The notes beneath the pieces were generated by a model. The model ran no database searches, had not been told where the DNA came from, and worked only from the letters and a program-made list of their open reading frames with translations. 64,000 nt of DNA from a virus. The translations under genes and the position numbers were made by a program. The stretch lies in the IMG/VR virus record IMGVR_UViG_3300020442_000006, positions 1 to 64,000 of that record. One strand, 5' to 3'. Positions 51,739 to 59,934 of the stretch are shown here, piece by piece (the first letter of the stretch is position 1; every line of letters begins with the position of its first letter).

Positions 51739-54700
51739 TAGTAGTCCGTTAGATCACATTCGTCGAAATAGGGGTTCCCAAAGTTATCTAGGGACCTATC
51801 CATAAGGATGGTTGCCCCTGTTAAGTAGTTTGTATAGTTCAATCTACCTCCAATCGGAGCAAGTTCGATGTTATTGTCAACATCTGAGATCGCACCTGGG
51901 TCAAAAGCGATGGTTGCATAGATCACATTCCTCAATGCTGCACAGTTAGAGAAGTAATTACTGAATGGAGCATTGGTACAAAGACTACTTGCCCAGGTAT
52001 CACTCGGATTTCCACTGTTATTCCAAGAGTTATAAGCATCCAACACACCATCTACCACAAAATTATGCCAACACGGGTTAGGAAACTTGCCTCCAGAGCA
52101 GGATGAGAGTTGAATTGTGTTGTATGTAAGGGTATAGGTCTGTGTTACACCTGTTTCTGAGTTAGTAACAGTGTGTGTAGAGGTGCCTGTACCATAAGAA
52201 CTGAAGTTTCCATCACCTAACCACGTCTCCAACTGCTCTAATTCTGTACCATAGAAGTCAAAAGTGTTCTCATCACCTGAATCTGGGACGAATGTGTACT
52301 GACCTTTACCAGTTTCATAGCATTTACCCTCTACATTTGACCCTCTCTTACAAGAATGCGACTTATCCTTACCTGCAATACCCACAATACGCGGTGCAGT
52401 GAGGGTTGGTTTGGGCAATTCCTTCAAAAAGTCAATAAAATCAGTGTTTATTGCCTCTCCTTTCTTAATTACATTACCTTCAACCTCCATTGTTACCTTA
52501 ACTTGTGCGTGTTCTCTGCTAGATCCGCAATATTTGTACGGTAAAAATCCAAAAGTACGCGAAACTCCGTCTTTTCCGACCTTAACTTCGGGACAAGGTA
52601 TGTCAAAGAAGCGTCTGACACCGTATAAAACGCTTTGTGACACCTCAAGACACTCTCCACCGAGGATTCCGTTCATTCCATTGTTCAATCTACGGTTAAT
52701 TGTGCTAGAACTGTCCTCACTATCAGTAACAAGACGAGTAATTGCTTCTTCTTCCTTCTCTAGATTGGGATTATACTGCTTTGCCTGTGCATATAACTTT
52801 GAAGGATCGATGTAAGTTGACAGTTTATGCCAGTCTGCACCGATTCCTGGGTCTAAACACTCAACAGGAATCACATCTTTACAGAACTTCATCTTCTCAG
52901 TATCACTTTTTTCGTGTGCTTTGAGGTAAGATGTCGTATATGTGGTTGTAATAGGTTCGTCAAACTCCTTAACAGCGTCTGAATAGGCAGATTGTGCGTC
53001 ATCAAACAAAGTATTGGTCGAAACGGTCACAATATTGCCATTTTCATCCCGAACTTGAGCAGGAGTGTCTACCATCGGCATATCTGGGTCATTAAATGAC
53101 TTATTGAAGCGTGCAGAGGTCTCTTTCATCCCACCACCGATGAAATCGTCTTGTCTGGACTCAGTTTCCCTCTCTACAACGTAAACAGCAACCTTATCTC
53201 CAGGTGTATAACCTTTTCCCTTCTCAGTAATGGTTACAGACTTAACAGCACCCTCTTCATTCAGTGTAATACGTGCTTTTGCCTGTTTAACTTCCTTTTG
53301 GAATCCTGCATCAGTCAGAAACTTCTCTTTTCTGATTTTACGCACTAATTTACGAGGTGCCTTGTCTGCATTCTCGAATTCATCGCTAGTTTCAAGATTA
53401 ATGTTGTAATTATTGAGTTTACTGTCTGCAAATGCCTCAACTTGGTTCTCTGCGGTATCTGTGAACCCTTCTTCCTTCAATTCGTCGGGAATAGACACCA
53501 CAACATCGGGATTGATGTAACCAAGACCCGCATTGATGATCTCAATCGACCCAACACGCCCTTTTTTGTCAATAGTTGCCTCTAGAATCGCTTCATCGAG
53601 TGTTCTTCTTGGAATTAACGCTCTATTATCAATTTCTACCTTAAAATAACTGATTTTTTTCGGAAATTCGTACACTCCGAAGAAAGCAGCGCGATCTTTG
53701 ATGCCATAACCCGCTAAAGCGAGTCCAGTTGCACCATCAGGAGCGGTAATTGTCTCATTATAACTAAAAGTCTGTCCTAAACGGTTCTTTTTCTGCCTTA
53801 AACGCATATAACCGCATCTAAGTTCGTCTCCAAAGTACCTAACTTGACTAATACGCCATCCTTTGAGGGTATCACCGATCAAAAACGCACCAGTTGACGA
53901 TGTATAACGGAAAAACAGCATCTGATCGTCTGTTCCACACCCCCAGAATGAATCAGCGATGCCATCTCCGTTAGGTGCAGCAACTTTTATGTGTGTTTTC
54001 TGCGTTTGCCACGCATCTTCTCTAATCTTATAGTAGATACTCCTATATGTGACGGTAGGTTCTTCCTCATCATCATAAGAACCACTAATACAGGGAGCAT
54101 CAGTAGTAGTGAAGTTGATACCAAAGACAGGTCCCGCAAATGGATACTCTGTATTATACAGATAGTACACAAACTGCCCTTCAAAGGCATCGTGGAATCC
54201 TAAGAACCTAGGCAGTGCACATTTGACTGCTCCGTTCTTACCAAAGTACCATTCGAAGTTTGCCTGAGTAGATGCAATGTCTGCTGCATTAGGATCACCC
54301 CACCCCTGCTGTGCAGGAGTCAGTGTTTCGTCTTCATATCTCCTTTGAGAGTAAGTTTCATCGTATTGATACCAAGAACTACGGTCTACTTCACCAGTAT
54401 TCTGTGGACCACCAGTGTCTATGACAGTTCCTCTCCTTCTAGGAGCGAATGCATTCATCACATACCCATAGATACCCTGATATTGGTATTCTTGCCCTCT
54501 GGGTTTAGGTGAGTCAGGTACTCCTGGGATACCAATCTGTAGATTGACCTCTCCTGCAGGGTTTACGGTGTAGAAATCATCTACATCACCGTTTGAGTTC
54601 TTTCTATAATGATATAGAGGTTGCAGTGTCTCACCTGGGTTCAGTACATCACTAGGTGCACTATTACTAGTGAAGATATGCCCAAGCAGTTCTACAGCAC

Positions 54701-55169
54701 CACTAGAAGAACTAGAAAAATAAGAATTAAAGTTTGAAGAATCATAATGTAAGTATAACGGACTTGTCCCAGTTTGGGAAGATGCCATCAAGTAAAATGA
54801 CCAGATACCATTCCTAGGTTCTCTGTTATATCTCTTTGGGTTCTGTGGAGACTTATCAGGCATCTCCGTGTCATACCAATAAGTATGATCCTCTCTTCGT
54901 GCACTATAAAAACGATATACTTCTCTTCTCTCTACTTCACAGTGTGCAATACAAGTCTCATTCTGTACACCGATATAATATACCTCATCACGACCAAAGG
55001 CATAGGAACCAGGTCCCATACCTTCAATCTGTATCTGCCCAAGCGGTCTCCCATCCTCATCATTGCCTGAGAAGGACGGGTGATCATCAGTTGTGTATTG
55101 ACGTTGGTAGTCATAAGAATCAATAGGATTCTCATAACTTCTCCCCGTTTCAATTATGAATATGCTCAC
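51738..55169 (-). CDS. large hypothetical, probably virion-associated protein (1143 aa)
   Basis: Translationally coupled to the PAAR gene; two I.I...G.GY motifs; three LY.Y.......FYT-like repeats; Cys-rich C-terminal part. Confidence 0.75.
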   Translation of the reverse strand: MSIFIIETGRSYENPIDSYDYQRQYTTDDHPSFSGNDEDGRPLGQIQIEGMGPGSYAFGRDEVYYIGVQNETCIAHCEVERREVYRFYSARREDHTYWYDTEMPDKSPQNPKRYNREPRNGIWSFYLMASSQTGTSPLYLHYDSSNFNSYFSSSSSGAVELLGHIFTSNSAPSDVLNPGETLQPLYHYRKNSNGDVDDFYTVNPAGEVNLQIGIPGVPDSPKPRGQEYQYQGIYGYVMNAFAPRRRGTVIDTGGPQNTGEVDRSSWYQYDETYSQRRYEDETLTPAQQGWGDPNAADIASTQANFEWYFGKNGAVKCALPRFLGFHDAFEGQFVYYLYNTEYPFAGPVFGINFTTTDAPCISGSYDDEEEPTVTYRSIYYKIREDAWQTQKTHIKVAAPNGDGIADSFWGCGTDDQMLFFRYTSSTGAFLIGDTLKGWRISQVRYFGDELRCGYMRLRQKKNRLGQTFSYNETITAPDGATGLALAGYGIKDRAAFFGVYEFPKKISYFKVEIDNRALIPRRTLDEAILEATIDKKGRVGSIEIINAGLGYINPDVVVSIPDELKEEGFTDTAENQVEAFADSKLNNYNINLETSDEFENADKAPRKLVRKIRKEKFLTDAGFQKEVKQAKARITLNEEGAVKSVTITEKGKGYTPGDKVAVYVVERETESRQDDFIGGGMKETSARFNKSFNDPDMPMVDTPAQVRDENGNIVTVSTNTLFDDAQSAYSDAVKEFDEPITTTYTTSYLKAHEKSDTEKMKFCKDVIPVECLDPGIGADWHKLSTYIDPSKLYAQAKQYNPNLEKEEEAITRLVTDSEDSSSTINRRLNNGMNGILGGECLEVSQSVLYGVRRFFDIPCPEVKVGKDGVSRTFGFLPYKYCGSSREHAQVKVTMEVEGNVIKKGEAINTDFIDFLKELPKPTLTAPRIVGIAGKDKSHSCKRGSNVEGKCYETGKGQYTFVPDSGDENTFDFYGTELEQLETWLGDGNFSSYGTGTSTHTVTNSETGVTQTYTLTYNTIQLSSCSGGKFPNPCWHNFVVDGVLDAYNSWNNSGNPSDTWASSLCTNAPFSNYFSNCAALRNVIYATIAFDPGAISDVDNNIELAPIGGRLNYTNYLTGATILMDRSLDNFGNPYFDECDLTDY

Positions 55170-55446
55170 TCTTTAACTGGGCAATATCTTCTTCAATTTT
55201 ATTTAGTCGCTCAAACAGATTATCAAACAGTGCAGTCAGGTTCAAGTGCTTATCCTCACCCTCAGGTTTGTACTGAATCATATCAGCGCCCCTCTGGAGG
55301 AAAGACTCTACAGTTGCCTGACGGTGTGCAAGGTTCTTAATAGAAGAAGCAACCTTCTCAAATCTCCATTCCAGTTCTGCCTCATAAGAGTCAAACTGTG
55401 GTACACCTGGGGTAGGTTGCTGCTCAGCAGGAAAGTCAATGCTCAT
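55150..55446 (-). CDS. hypothetical coiled-coil protein (98 aa)
   Basis: ATGA-type overlap with the upstream HNH gene; IQYKPEG...L..LF..L..RL motif. Confidence 0.7.
   Translation of the reverse strand: MSIDFPAEQQPTPGVPQFDSYEAELEWRFEKVASSIKNLAHRQATVESFLQRGADMIQYKPEGEDKHLNLTALFDNLFERLNKIEEDIAQLKSEHIHN
55200..55207 (-). promoter_or_regulatory. possible late promoter variant (ACTAAATA)
   Basis: One mismatch to NATAAATA, 31 nt upstream of the 1143-aa gene. Confidence 0.45.
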
Positions 55447-56327
55447 ACGAAAAATTGATCAAGTACAGATTCTTTAGAAGAGACGAATGCTTCTTCGTGA
55501 CTATTACTATGGTTTCCACCACGAGCAATCAATGCCTCGAAGTTGTTATCAACGCCCCTCTTGCGTTCTAGGTTTGTCCACCTACTATCATAACACCTTT
55601 GGTTCATATGATCAATCTCAAATAGAGATGCCATCTTACGTTTGCCCTTCTTGGACATACGATCCCAACCAATGTCCCTCAAGAACTCAGTGTCCCTGCA
55701 GGTAGGAGGAACTTCACATATATCAATGAAGGTGGCAGCGATGATCTGATGTGATCCAATGTCCTTTGTACCGTGCTCTGCAGCAGCACTTACAAATGGA
55801 GCATTCTTACCATTCACCCCCTCTGGGAGAAGCAATGGAGCGAAGTACCACTTATCACCATCACGATACTTAATTTTATAATGAATACGATCTCTCCACT
55901 TACCGTCCAGACCTTTCGTACTCTTCATCTTACCGAACGCTAGACAGTTATACTCTCGGGACCACGTTTCATTACACTTATACTTCTTATTATGACTGGG
56001 ATGATGCACGTGACTCACAAGTCGCCCCAGATTGCTCACGTGGTAGTACGGTATGATAACTTCCCTACCAGATTCATAATGACGCAAGCATCTCCAGATC
56101 TCTCCAGGCAGACACGTTACTACAGTCCCTTTCGGACATCCCCTCAAACCCAATACCTCTATTAGTTCATTATCTCCCTTAACTTCCAGTTCTTCTAACA
56201 ATTCCTTTCGACGCGGCGCTTGCACGTCATTTCCAGAGTTCTTCGTATTCAGAGGTTGCGTAAAGTTAGGTACCCAGTTCTGGTCCCAGTTCCTATCGTA
56301 GGTCCACGTATAGAGTTCGTATTTCAT
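55443..56327 (-). CDS. free-standing HNH (NUMOD4 + HNH) homing endonuclease-like protein
   Basis: EIWRCL...YYHVSNLGRLVS; SHQIIAATFI; FEIDHMNQRCYDSRWTNLERKRGVDN. Confidence 0.75.
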   Translation of the reverse strand: MKYELYTWTYDRNWDQNWVPNFTQPLNTKNSGNDVQAPRRKELLEELEVKGDNELIEVLGLRGCPKGTVVTCLPGEIWRCLRHYESGREVIIPYYHVSNLGRLVSHVHHPSHNKKYKCNETWSREYNCLAFGKMKSTKGLDGKWRDRIHYKIKYRDGDKWYFAPLLLPEGVNGKNAPFVSAAAEHGTKDIGSHQIIAATFIDICEVPPTCRDTEFLRDIGWDRMSKKGKRKMASLFEIDHMNQRCYDSRWTNLERKRGVDNNFEALIARGGNHSNSHEEAFVSSKESVLDQFFV

Positions 56328-56384
56328 AGTAGTTTTAGAATAGTTACGACGCTCGCGGGGTAACGTCTTAGTATGTTTAATACC

Positions 56385-56954
56385 TTAGAAGTAATTTAAG
56401 TTTAGCACAAATCGAAATTTAGTGTCTGTAGTTGATGTACCTGCGTGTGGTATGTTTACTGGAAAGAAGACAATCCTGTTCGCCTTAGATTGAACTCTGG
56501 TCCCGTCCTTGAAGAACGTATAACCATCGTTATCATTCAGATAGAACACAGCGGTTGTAGCGCCCTTAAAGACGTTCTCACCACCGTCAGGATGATACTC
56601 CCCACAGTCTGTGTGATAATCGTATTCTATTAATTCGTCTGTGTGATGGTTTAGATTCGCCTTGACACGTATTAACGCTCTCGGTTGTATCCGATTGATC
56701 AAAGGTAAGATCAAATCCCACTGTGGACTCTGAGGTCTCCCGCCCTCATAGAACTTGTGTACCATCTGCCAATTATATATCTCTTTCTTCTGTAATTCTG
56801 GGTCAATCATCCTTGCCACGTGCATTACCTTTGCGTGGTTCAAATACCAAGGAAAGCATTGGTCACCACATATCGCCTCTCTCATCTCAGAGAACTCTTC
56901 CTCTGGTAGGAAATTATCAACGATACGTTGATGCTGCATCTTGTGCATTGTCAT
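56385..56954 (-). CDS. 2OG-Fe(II) oxygenase superfamily protein
   Basis: YHTD (HxD), TAVFYLNDNDGYT, ANRIVFF..NIPHAG, distal R in FRFVLNLNY. Confidence 0.88.
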   Translation of the reverse strand: MTMHKMQHQRIVDNFLPEEEFSEMREAICGDQCFPWYLNHAKVMHVARMIDPELQKKEIYNWQMVHKFYEGGRPQSPQWDLILPLINRIQPRALIRVKANLNHHTDELIEYDYHTDCGEYHPDGGENVFKGATTAVFYLNDNDGYTFFKDGTRVQSKANRIVFFPVNIPHAGTSTTDTKFRFVLNLNYF

Positions 56955-57154
56955 ACAAATCCCTCAGTACAATCTAACTTCTCTCTCAGGGACTTGTGTA
57001 ACGCTTGTACCTTTGCTAACTCCTTGCCACCACATACTTCTGGTTTATACATCAGTGCCCAAGCACCACTATTACAAATCAGTTGACGTTCTTCTTTCGT
57101 CACAGTGATGGTCCAAGTTTCAGATGTCACAGTCTGTGTCTGACGCAATTTCAT
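56951..57154 (-). CDS. hypothetical protein (67 aa)
   Basis: ATGA overlap with the oxygenase start; same strand as the operon. Confidence 0.55.
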   Translation of the reverse strand: MKLRQTQTVTSETWTITVTKEERQLICNSGAWALMYKPEVCGGKELAKVQALHKSLREKLDCTEGFV

Positions 57155-57305
57155 ACCGTTTCAAAGTACCATAAAGAGATGATAAGATCTCATCACACTT
57201 ATTATAGCGTTCACCCGAAGGTGTTGCGATCTTATTTAACTGATAGTAACGTACAGCATCATAAATGACCTGTTTGTGTTCGATTGATAACTTTTTCCAA
57301 TTCAT
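57120..57305 (-). CDS. hypothetical protein (61 aa)
   Basis: LIYDAVRYYQ-type cyanophage motif; packed in the operon. Confidence 0.65.
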   Translation of the reverse strand: MNWKKLSIEHKQVIYDAVRYYQLNKIATPSGERYNKCDEILSSLYGTLKRYEIASDTDCDI

Positions 57306-57306
57306 A

Positions 57307-57474
57307 CTAAGGTTCTTTGAATTTTTTCAAAGTGAGTTGGTCATCTTCGATGGAATATTCTAGTTCATCACCATAATACCATCCCATCTCATCCAAGAGA
57401 TCATCGGGGAGATTGAGTAGCAATTCTCCAGTATCGTCATCCTCATCTATTGTAAGGATATATCTATGAGACAT
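57307..57474 (-). CDS. AbrB/MazE-like small protein (55 aa, not in ORF track)
   Basis: MSHRYILTIDEDDDTGELLLNLPDDLLDEMGWYYGDELEYSIEDDQLTLKK matches the L.LP..L...LGW..GD.L swapped-hairpin pattern. Confidence 0.7.
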   Translation of the reverse strand: MSHRYILTIDEDDDTGELLLNLPDDLLDEMGWYYGDELEYSIEDDQLTLKKFKEP

Positions 57475-57883
57475 TCTTTCGTATCACATATAGTGTCTGT
57501 GGTATATAGGGTTTTACTTTCTCTATCCTCGACACGTCAAATGCTTTGTGATGTAATACGAATCCATCTCCAAGATACAATGCTCCGTGATTCAAGCGAT
57601 TGCTATCCAAGTTCATCAGAAGAATGTCATACTTCTCCAGATCCTCGATTGTGAACTCCTCGCCCATCTCGGAAGTCTTGATGGCGGACCATCCCTCGTC
57701 ATTCCATATAGACTTAAGGAAAGCACGCTGATTCAGACTATAGTCTTCCTTACAGACGTGATAACCAGTATTCACTCCATAGTCGTAGAGTAACTTGAAG
57801 CATCCCCCTCCTTTCTGACCTCCCCACTCTCTGCCGAGGTACTCAGCATACTCTTCACGGTACTGATCGATCTTTTTGGTCAT
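57464..57883 (-). CDS. NlpC/P60 family cysteine peptidase-like protein
   Basis: YLGREW...GCFKLLYDY (Cys), DILLM...NHGALYLGDGFVLHH (His, His). Confidence 0.8.
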   Translation of the reverse strand: MTKKIDQYREEYAEYLGREWGGQKGGGCFKLLYDYGVNTGYHVCKEDYSLNQRAFLKSIWNDEGWSAIKTSEMGEEFTIEDLEKYDILLMNLDSNRLNHGALYLGDGFVLHHKAFDVSRIEKVKPYIPQTLYVIRKNVS

Positions 57884-58004
57884 TTTTTACCTGGAAAAAT
57901 TTTTGATATATGGGGGGACCCAAAATGGGATTTCGATAATATATGCGTCCCTATACTGTTGTAGGTTAACACTAGGTTCCCTTTTTAATATGTCGCAACA
58001 CTAC

Positions 58005-58033
58005 TTGACAACTAACTCGGGACGTGGTAGCAT
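58005..58033 (+). promoter_or_regulatory. possible antisense sigma70 promoter
   Basis: TTGACA (58005-58010), 17 nt, TAGCAT (58028-58033). Confidence 0.4.
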
Positions 58034-58188
58034 AACCCCTCACTCACTAAGTAAGTAAGCAATTTATTATACTTAGTGAAGTGCGGTTGTAGTTCAGTAT
58101 CTAGCAAGAACTGACCCCACTCCACTAACTCCGAGGGTGGGCAAGAATTGGACTCGACTAACTCATTGAGAAATTCAAATCTTTTCAT
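58012..58188 (-). CDS. hypothetical protein (58 aa, not in ORF track)
   Basis: MKRFEFLNELVESNSCPPSELVEWGQFLLDT...YLVSEGLCYHVPS; ATGA overlap. Confidence 0.65.
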   Translation of the reverse strand: MKRFEFLNELVESNSCPPSELVEWGQFLLDTELQPHFTKYNKLLTYLVSEGLCYHVPS

Positions 58189-58319
58189 TGCTGTGTAGTA
58201 TAGTCAAGATCTAGATCATTAGATTCATCATCGTAAAATTCATAATCTAATTCTACCATATCATCATCGGGTTCGTCAAGTAGTAGATCAATCCAGTCTT
58301 TTGTCCTTGGGTCATTCAT
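58185..58319 (-). CDS. highly acidic micro-protein (44 aa, not in ORF track)
   Basis: MNDPRTKDWIDLLLDEPDDDMVELDYEFYDDESNDLDLDYTTQQ; 17 D/E against 2 K/R; overlaps both neighbours. Confidence 0.6.
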   Translation of the reverse strand: MNDPRTKDWIDLLLDEPDDDMVELDYEFYDDESNDLDLDYTTQQ

Positions 58320-58476
58320 TGATAAAATCCTCGGGTGATTCGTAGCGATCTTGTTTCTTGTTTCGTCTCTGGTAATTCTTGTTAGTTAGGGGTTCGTTCA
58401 GTTTGTTCCTTTTTTCCCGTAGTGATTTCGCTCTGTTACTCTGGTAAGTGTCGTTACGTTTGTATGTGCGTCCCAT
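58312..58476 (-). CDS. highly basic micro-protein (54 aa, not in ORF track)
   Basis: MGRTYKRNDTYQSNRAKSLREKRNK...; 15 K/R; first gene after a sigma70 promoter. Confidence 0.65.
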   Translation of the reverse strand: MGRTYKRNDTYQSNRAKSLREKRNKLNEPLTNKNYQRRNKKQDRYESPEDFINE

Positions 58477-58502
58477 TGTTAGGGGTGATTGTGAACTGCT
58501 GA

Positions 58503-58531
58503 ATTATATACCATTTTCGACTACTTGGCAA
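58503..58531 (-). promoter_or_regulatory. host-like sigma70 promoter
   Basis: TTGCCA (58531-58526), 17 nt, TATAAT (58508-58503). Confidence 0.8.
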
Positions 58532-58554
58532 ATGTTACAATTTCGCTGTAATGC

Positions 58555-58583
58555 TTGACAACTTTCGATCGATATGTTAGGGT
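58555..58583 (+). promoter_or_regulatory. possible divergent/antisense sigma70 promoter
   Basis: TTGACA (58555-58560), 17 nt, TAGGGT (58578-58583) preceded by an extended -10 TG. Confidence 0.4.
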
Positions 58584-58649
58584 CTAAGGTTGCAATTCTT
58601 CCGTGTATTCTGAGTTAAATAAAATACTTACATATATTTATTTGTACAT

Positions 58650-58994
58650 TTATGAAATCGGTTGTTTATCTAGTCTAAGGTTAGAGACGTGATCATTTAA
58701 TTTGTTTCCGTCTATGTGTAACACATTGGTAACACTTGAGTGTGCCGATATAAATGCCAACGCGGTAAGTTTAGCAACTCGCCTTACTACGGTCTTACCA
58801 TTTTGCCTGAGAGTAACACGCCGATAACCATTTTCGTTTAAGTGGATTTTCAATTTTTTCCACTTTCCCCACTTAGTAGAGTAAATCATCCCGAGGTTAG
58901 AAACATAATAATCTTCGTAATTGGGGATAGGTTTGTATAATGTTCCCTCTGTGTCCTGATAGGTATTATCATCAATTTTTTTGAATGGGTTCAT
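58650..58994 (-). CDS. short NUMOD4-HNH endonuclease, possibly C-terminally degenerate
   Basis: YKPIPNYEDYYVSNLG, NGYRRVTL, LHIDGNKLNDHVSNLR; ends 8 aa after NLR. Confidence 0.75.
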   Translation of the reverse strand: MNPFKKIDDNTYQDTEGTLYKPIPNYEDYYVSNLGMIYSTKWGKWKKLKIHLNENGYRRVTLRQNGKTVVRRVAKLTALAFISAHSSVTNVLHIDGNKLNDHVSNLRLDKQPIS

Positions 58995-59005
58995 AATTTT
59001 CCAAT

Positions 59006-59032
59006 AAAAAAAGGACTGTGTGAGAGTCCTTT
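59006..59032 (-). terminator. rho-independent terminator ending the early cassettes
   Basis: Minus strand AAAGGACT-CTCACAC-AGTCCTTT followed by more T's (7-T run). Confidence 0.8.
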
Positions 59033-59034
59033 AT

Positions 59035-59063
59035 ATTATAAGCGATTTGTGTTAGACTGTCAA
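59035..59063 (-). promoter_or_regulatory. perfect-consensus sigma70 promoter
   Basis: TTGACA (59063-59058), 17 nt, TATAAT (59040-59035). Confidence 0.85.
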
Positions 59064-59387
59064 CTCAATACCGCTGTAGAAATCAACTTTCTGAGATGGG
59101 TTGAAATTCTTACCGATAAACCACTCCCATTGCTTTTGAAATACAAATGTGCCATAAGCGAATTCATCAAGTAATGCATTCAAACGTGACTTAGTTGTAT
59201 TAGACTGCCAACCGCCATCGAATAATTGAAGTTTCCTTTCTGCGTGGAAATATGTAGCAATGTGATTACCGTGTAGGTAAACAGTAGACTCAAGACCATT
59301 ATCAGAAGTGAAAACTGTTGTATTAGCGTTTGCCCAGTTTGACTGAGTTCTGATTGCTTTGTTCATTTGAGTTTCGATTTTTCTCAT
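59052..59387 (-). CDS. conserved early hypothetical protein (111 aa)
   Basis: MRKIETQMNKAI...VYLHGNHIA...DGGWQSNTTKSRLNALL; first gene after a palindrome promoter. Confidence 0.8.
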   Translation of the reverse strand: MRKIETQMNKAIRTQSNWANANTTVFTSDNGLESTVYLHGNHIATYFHAERKLQLFDGGWQSNTTKSRLNALLDEFAYGTFVFQKQWEWFIGKNFNPSQKVDFYSGIELTV

Positions 59388-59418
59388 TTGGATTGTCTCC
59401 TGTGTTGCTTATACTAAT

Positions 59419-59477
59419 ATTATAAAGGATAGAGCGGCGATTGCTCGGGTGTGTGTGCCACTTTGTGTACTGGCACA
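59419..59477 (-). promoter_or_regulatory. early promoter: palindrome + -10 (copy 1)
   Basis: TGTGCCA-N10-TGGCACA at 59454-59477; TATAAT at 59424-59419; gap 29 nt. Confidence 0.85.
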
Positions 59478-59744
59478 TTAGAACACACTATAGACGGTTT
59501 TTAGTGTACTGTCTTCCACGTATGCACGACCGTAGTCTGTTGCCCATTCTATGCAACTTTTTTTAGCATTTTCGAAATCGTCAGTATAATGCTCGTGAAT
59601 GCCTAGGGGATGATTAGGAACTACAATAGCATATTTGAAAATGTTCCTTGGGTGGTTTTTTTCTCTTTTGTAGTTTTTTCGCTGTGCTGCTTTTAACTCT
59701 TCTAAGGTTTGCTCTAGGTAGAGGATTTGAGATTTGTATGACAT
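59478..59744 (-). CDS. early hypothetical protein (88 aa)
   Basis: ORF track; packed within the cassette. Confidence 0.7.
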   Translation of the reverse strand: MSYKSQILYLEQTLEELKAAQRKNYKREKNHPRNIFKYAIVVPNHPLGIHEHYTDDFENAKKSCIEWATDYGRAYVEDSTLKTVYSVF

Positions 59745-59746
59745 AA

Positions 59747-59911
59747 TTATTTGATGTAAGTTTGGTTAGCGTTAACAATGGCATCTACCAAATTATCATA
59801 GGTTTGCATATCAAAATTTGGGTTGCTATCCTTGGGTTCTGCATTAACCACTATGTTGTATAACATCAAATACTGTGCTTGAGTGAAATCGCAGTTGAGT
59901 CCTTTTTTCAT
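59747..59911 (-). CDS. early hypothetical protein (54 aa, not in ORF track)
   Basis: MKKGLNCDFTQAQYLMLYNIV...; AAGGA Shine-Dalgarno; first gene of cassette 2. Confidence 0.65.
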   Translation of the reverse strand: MKKGLNCDFTQAQYLMLYNIVVNAEPKDSNPNFDMQTYDNLVDAIVNANQTYIK

Positions 59912-59934
59912 AAATTTCCTTTGTTGTTATATTC

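Noticed and set aside
56343-56368. Hairpin (GTTAC...GTAAC / GACG...CGTC) upstream of the HNH gene
   Set aside because: Stems are short and mutually exclusive with no U-tract; not distinguishable from chance.
59454-59477. Canonical CRP or NtcA site
   Set aside because: The TGTGA/TCACA-like half-sites are 14 bp apart rather than 6, and the motif does not fit GTA-N8-TAC.
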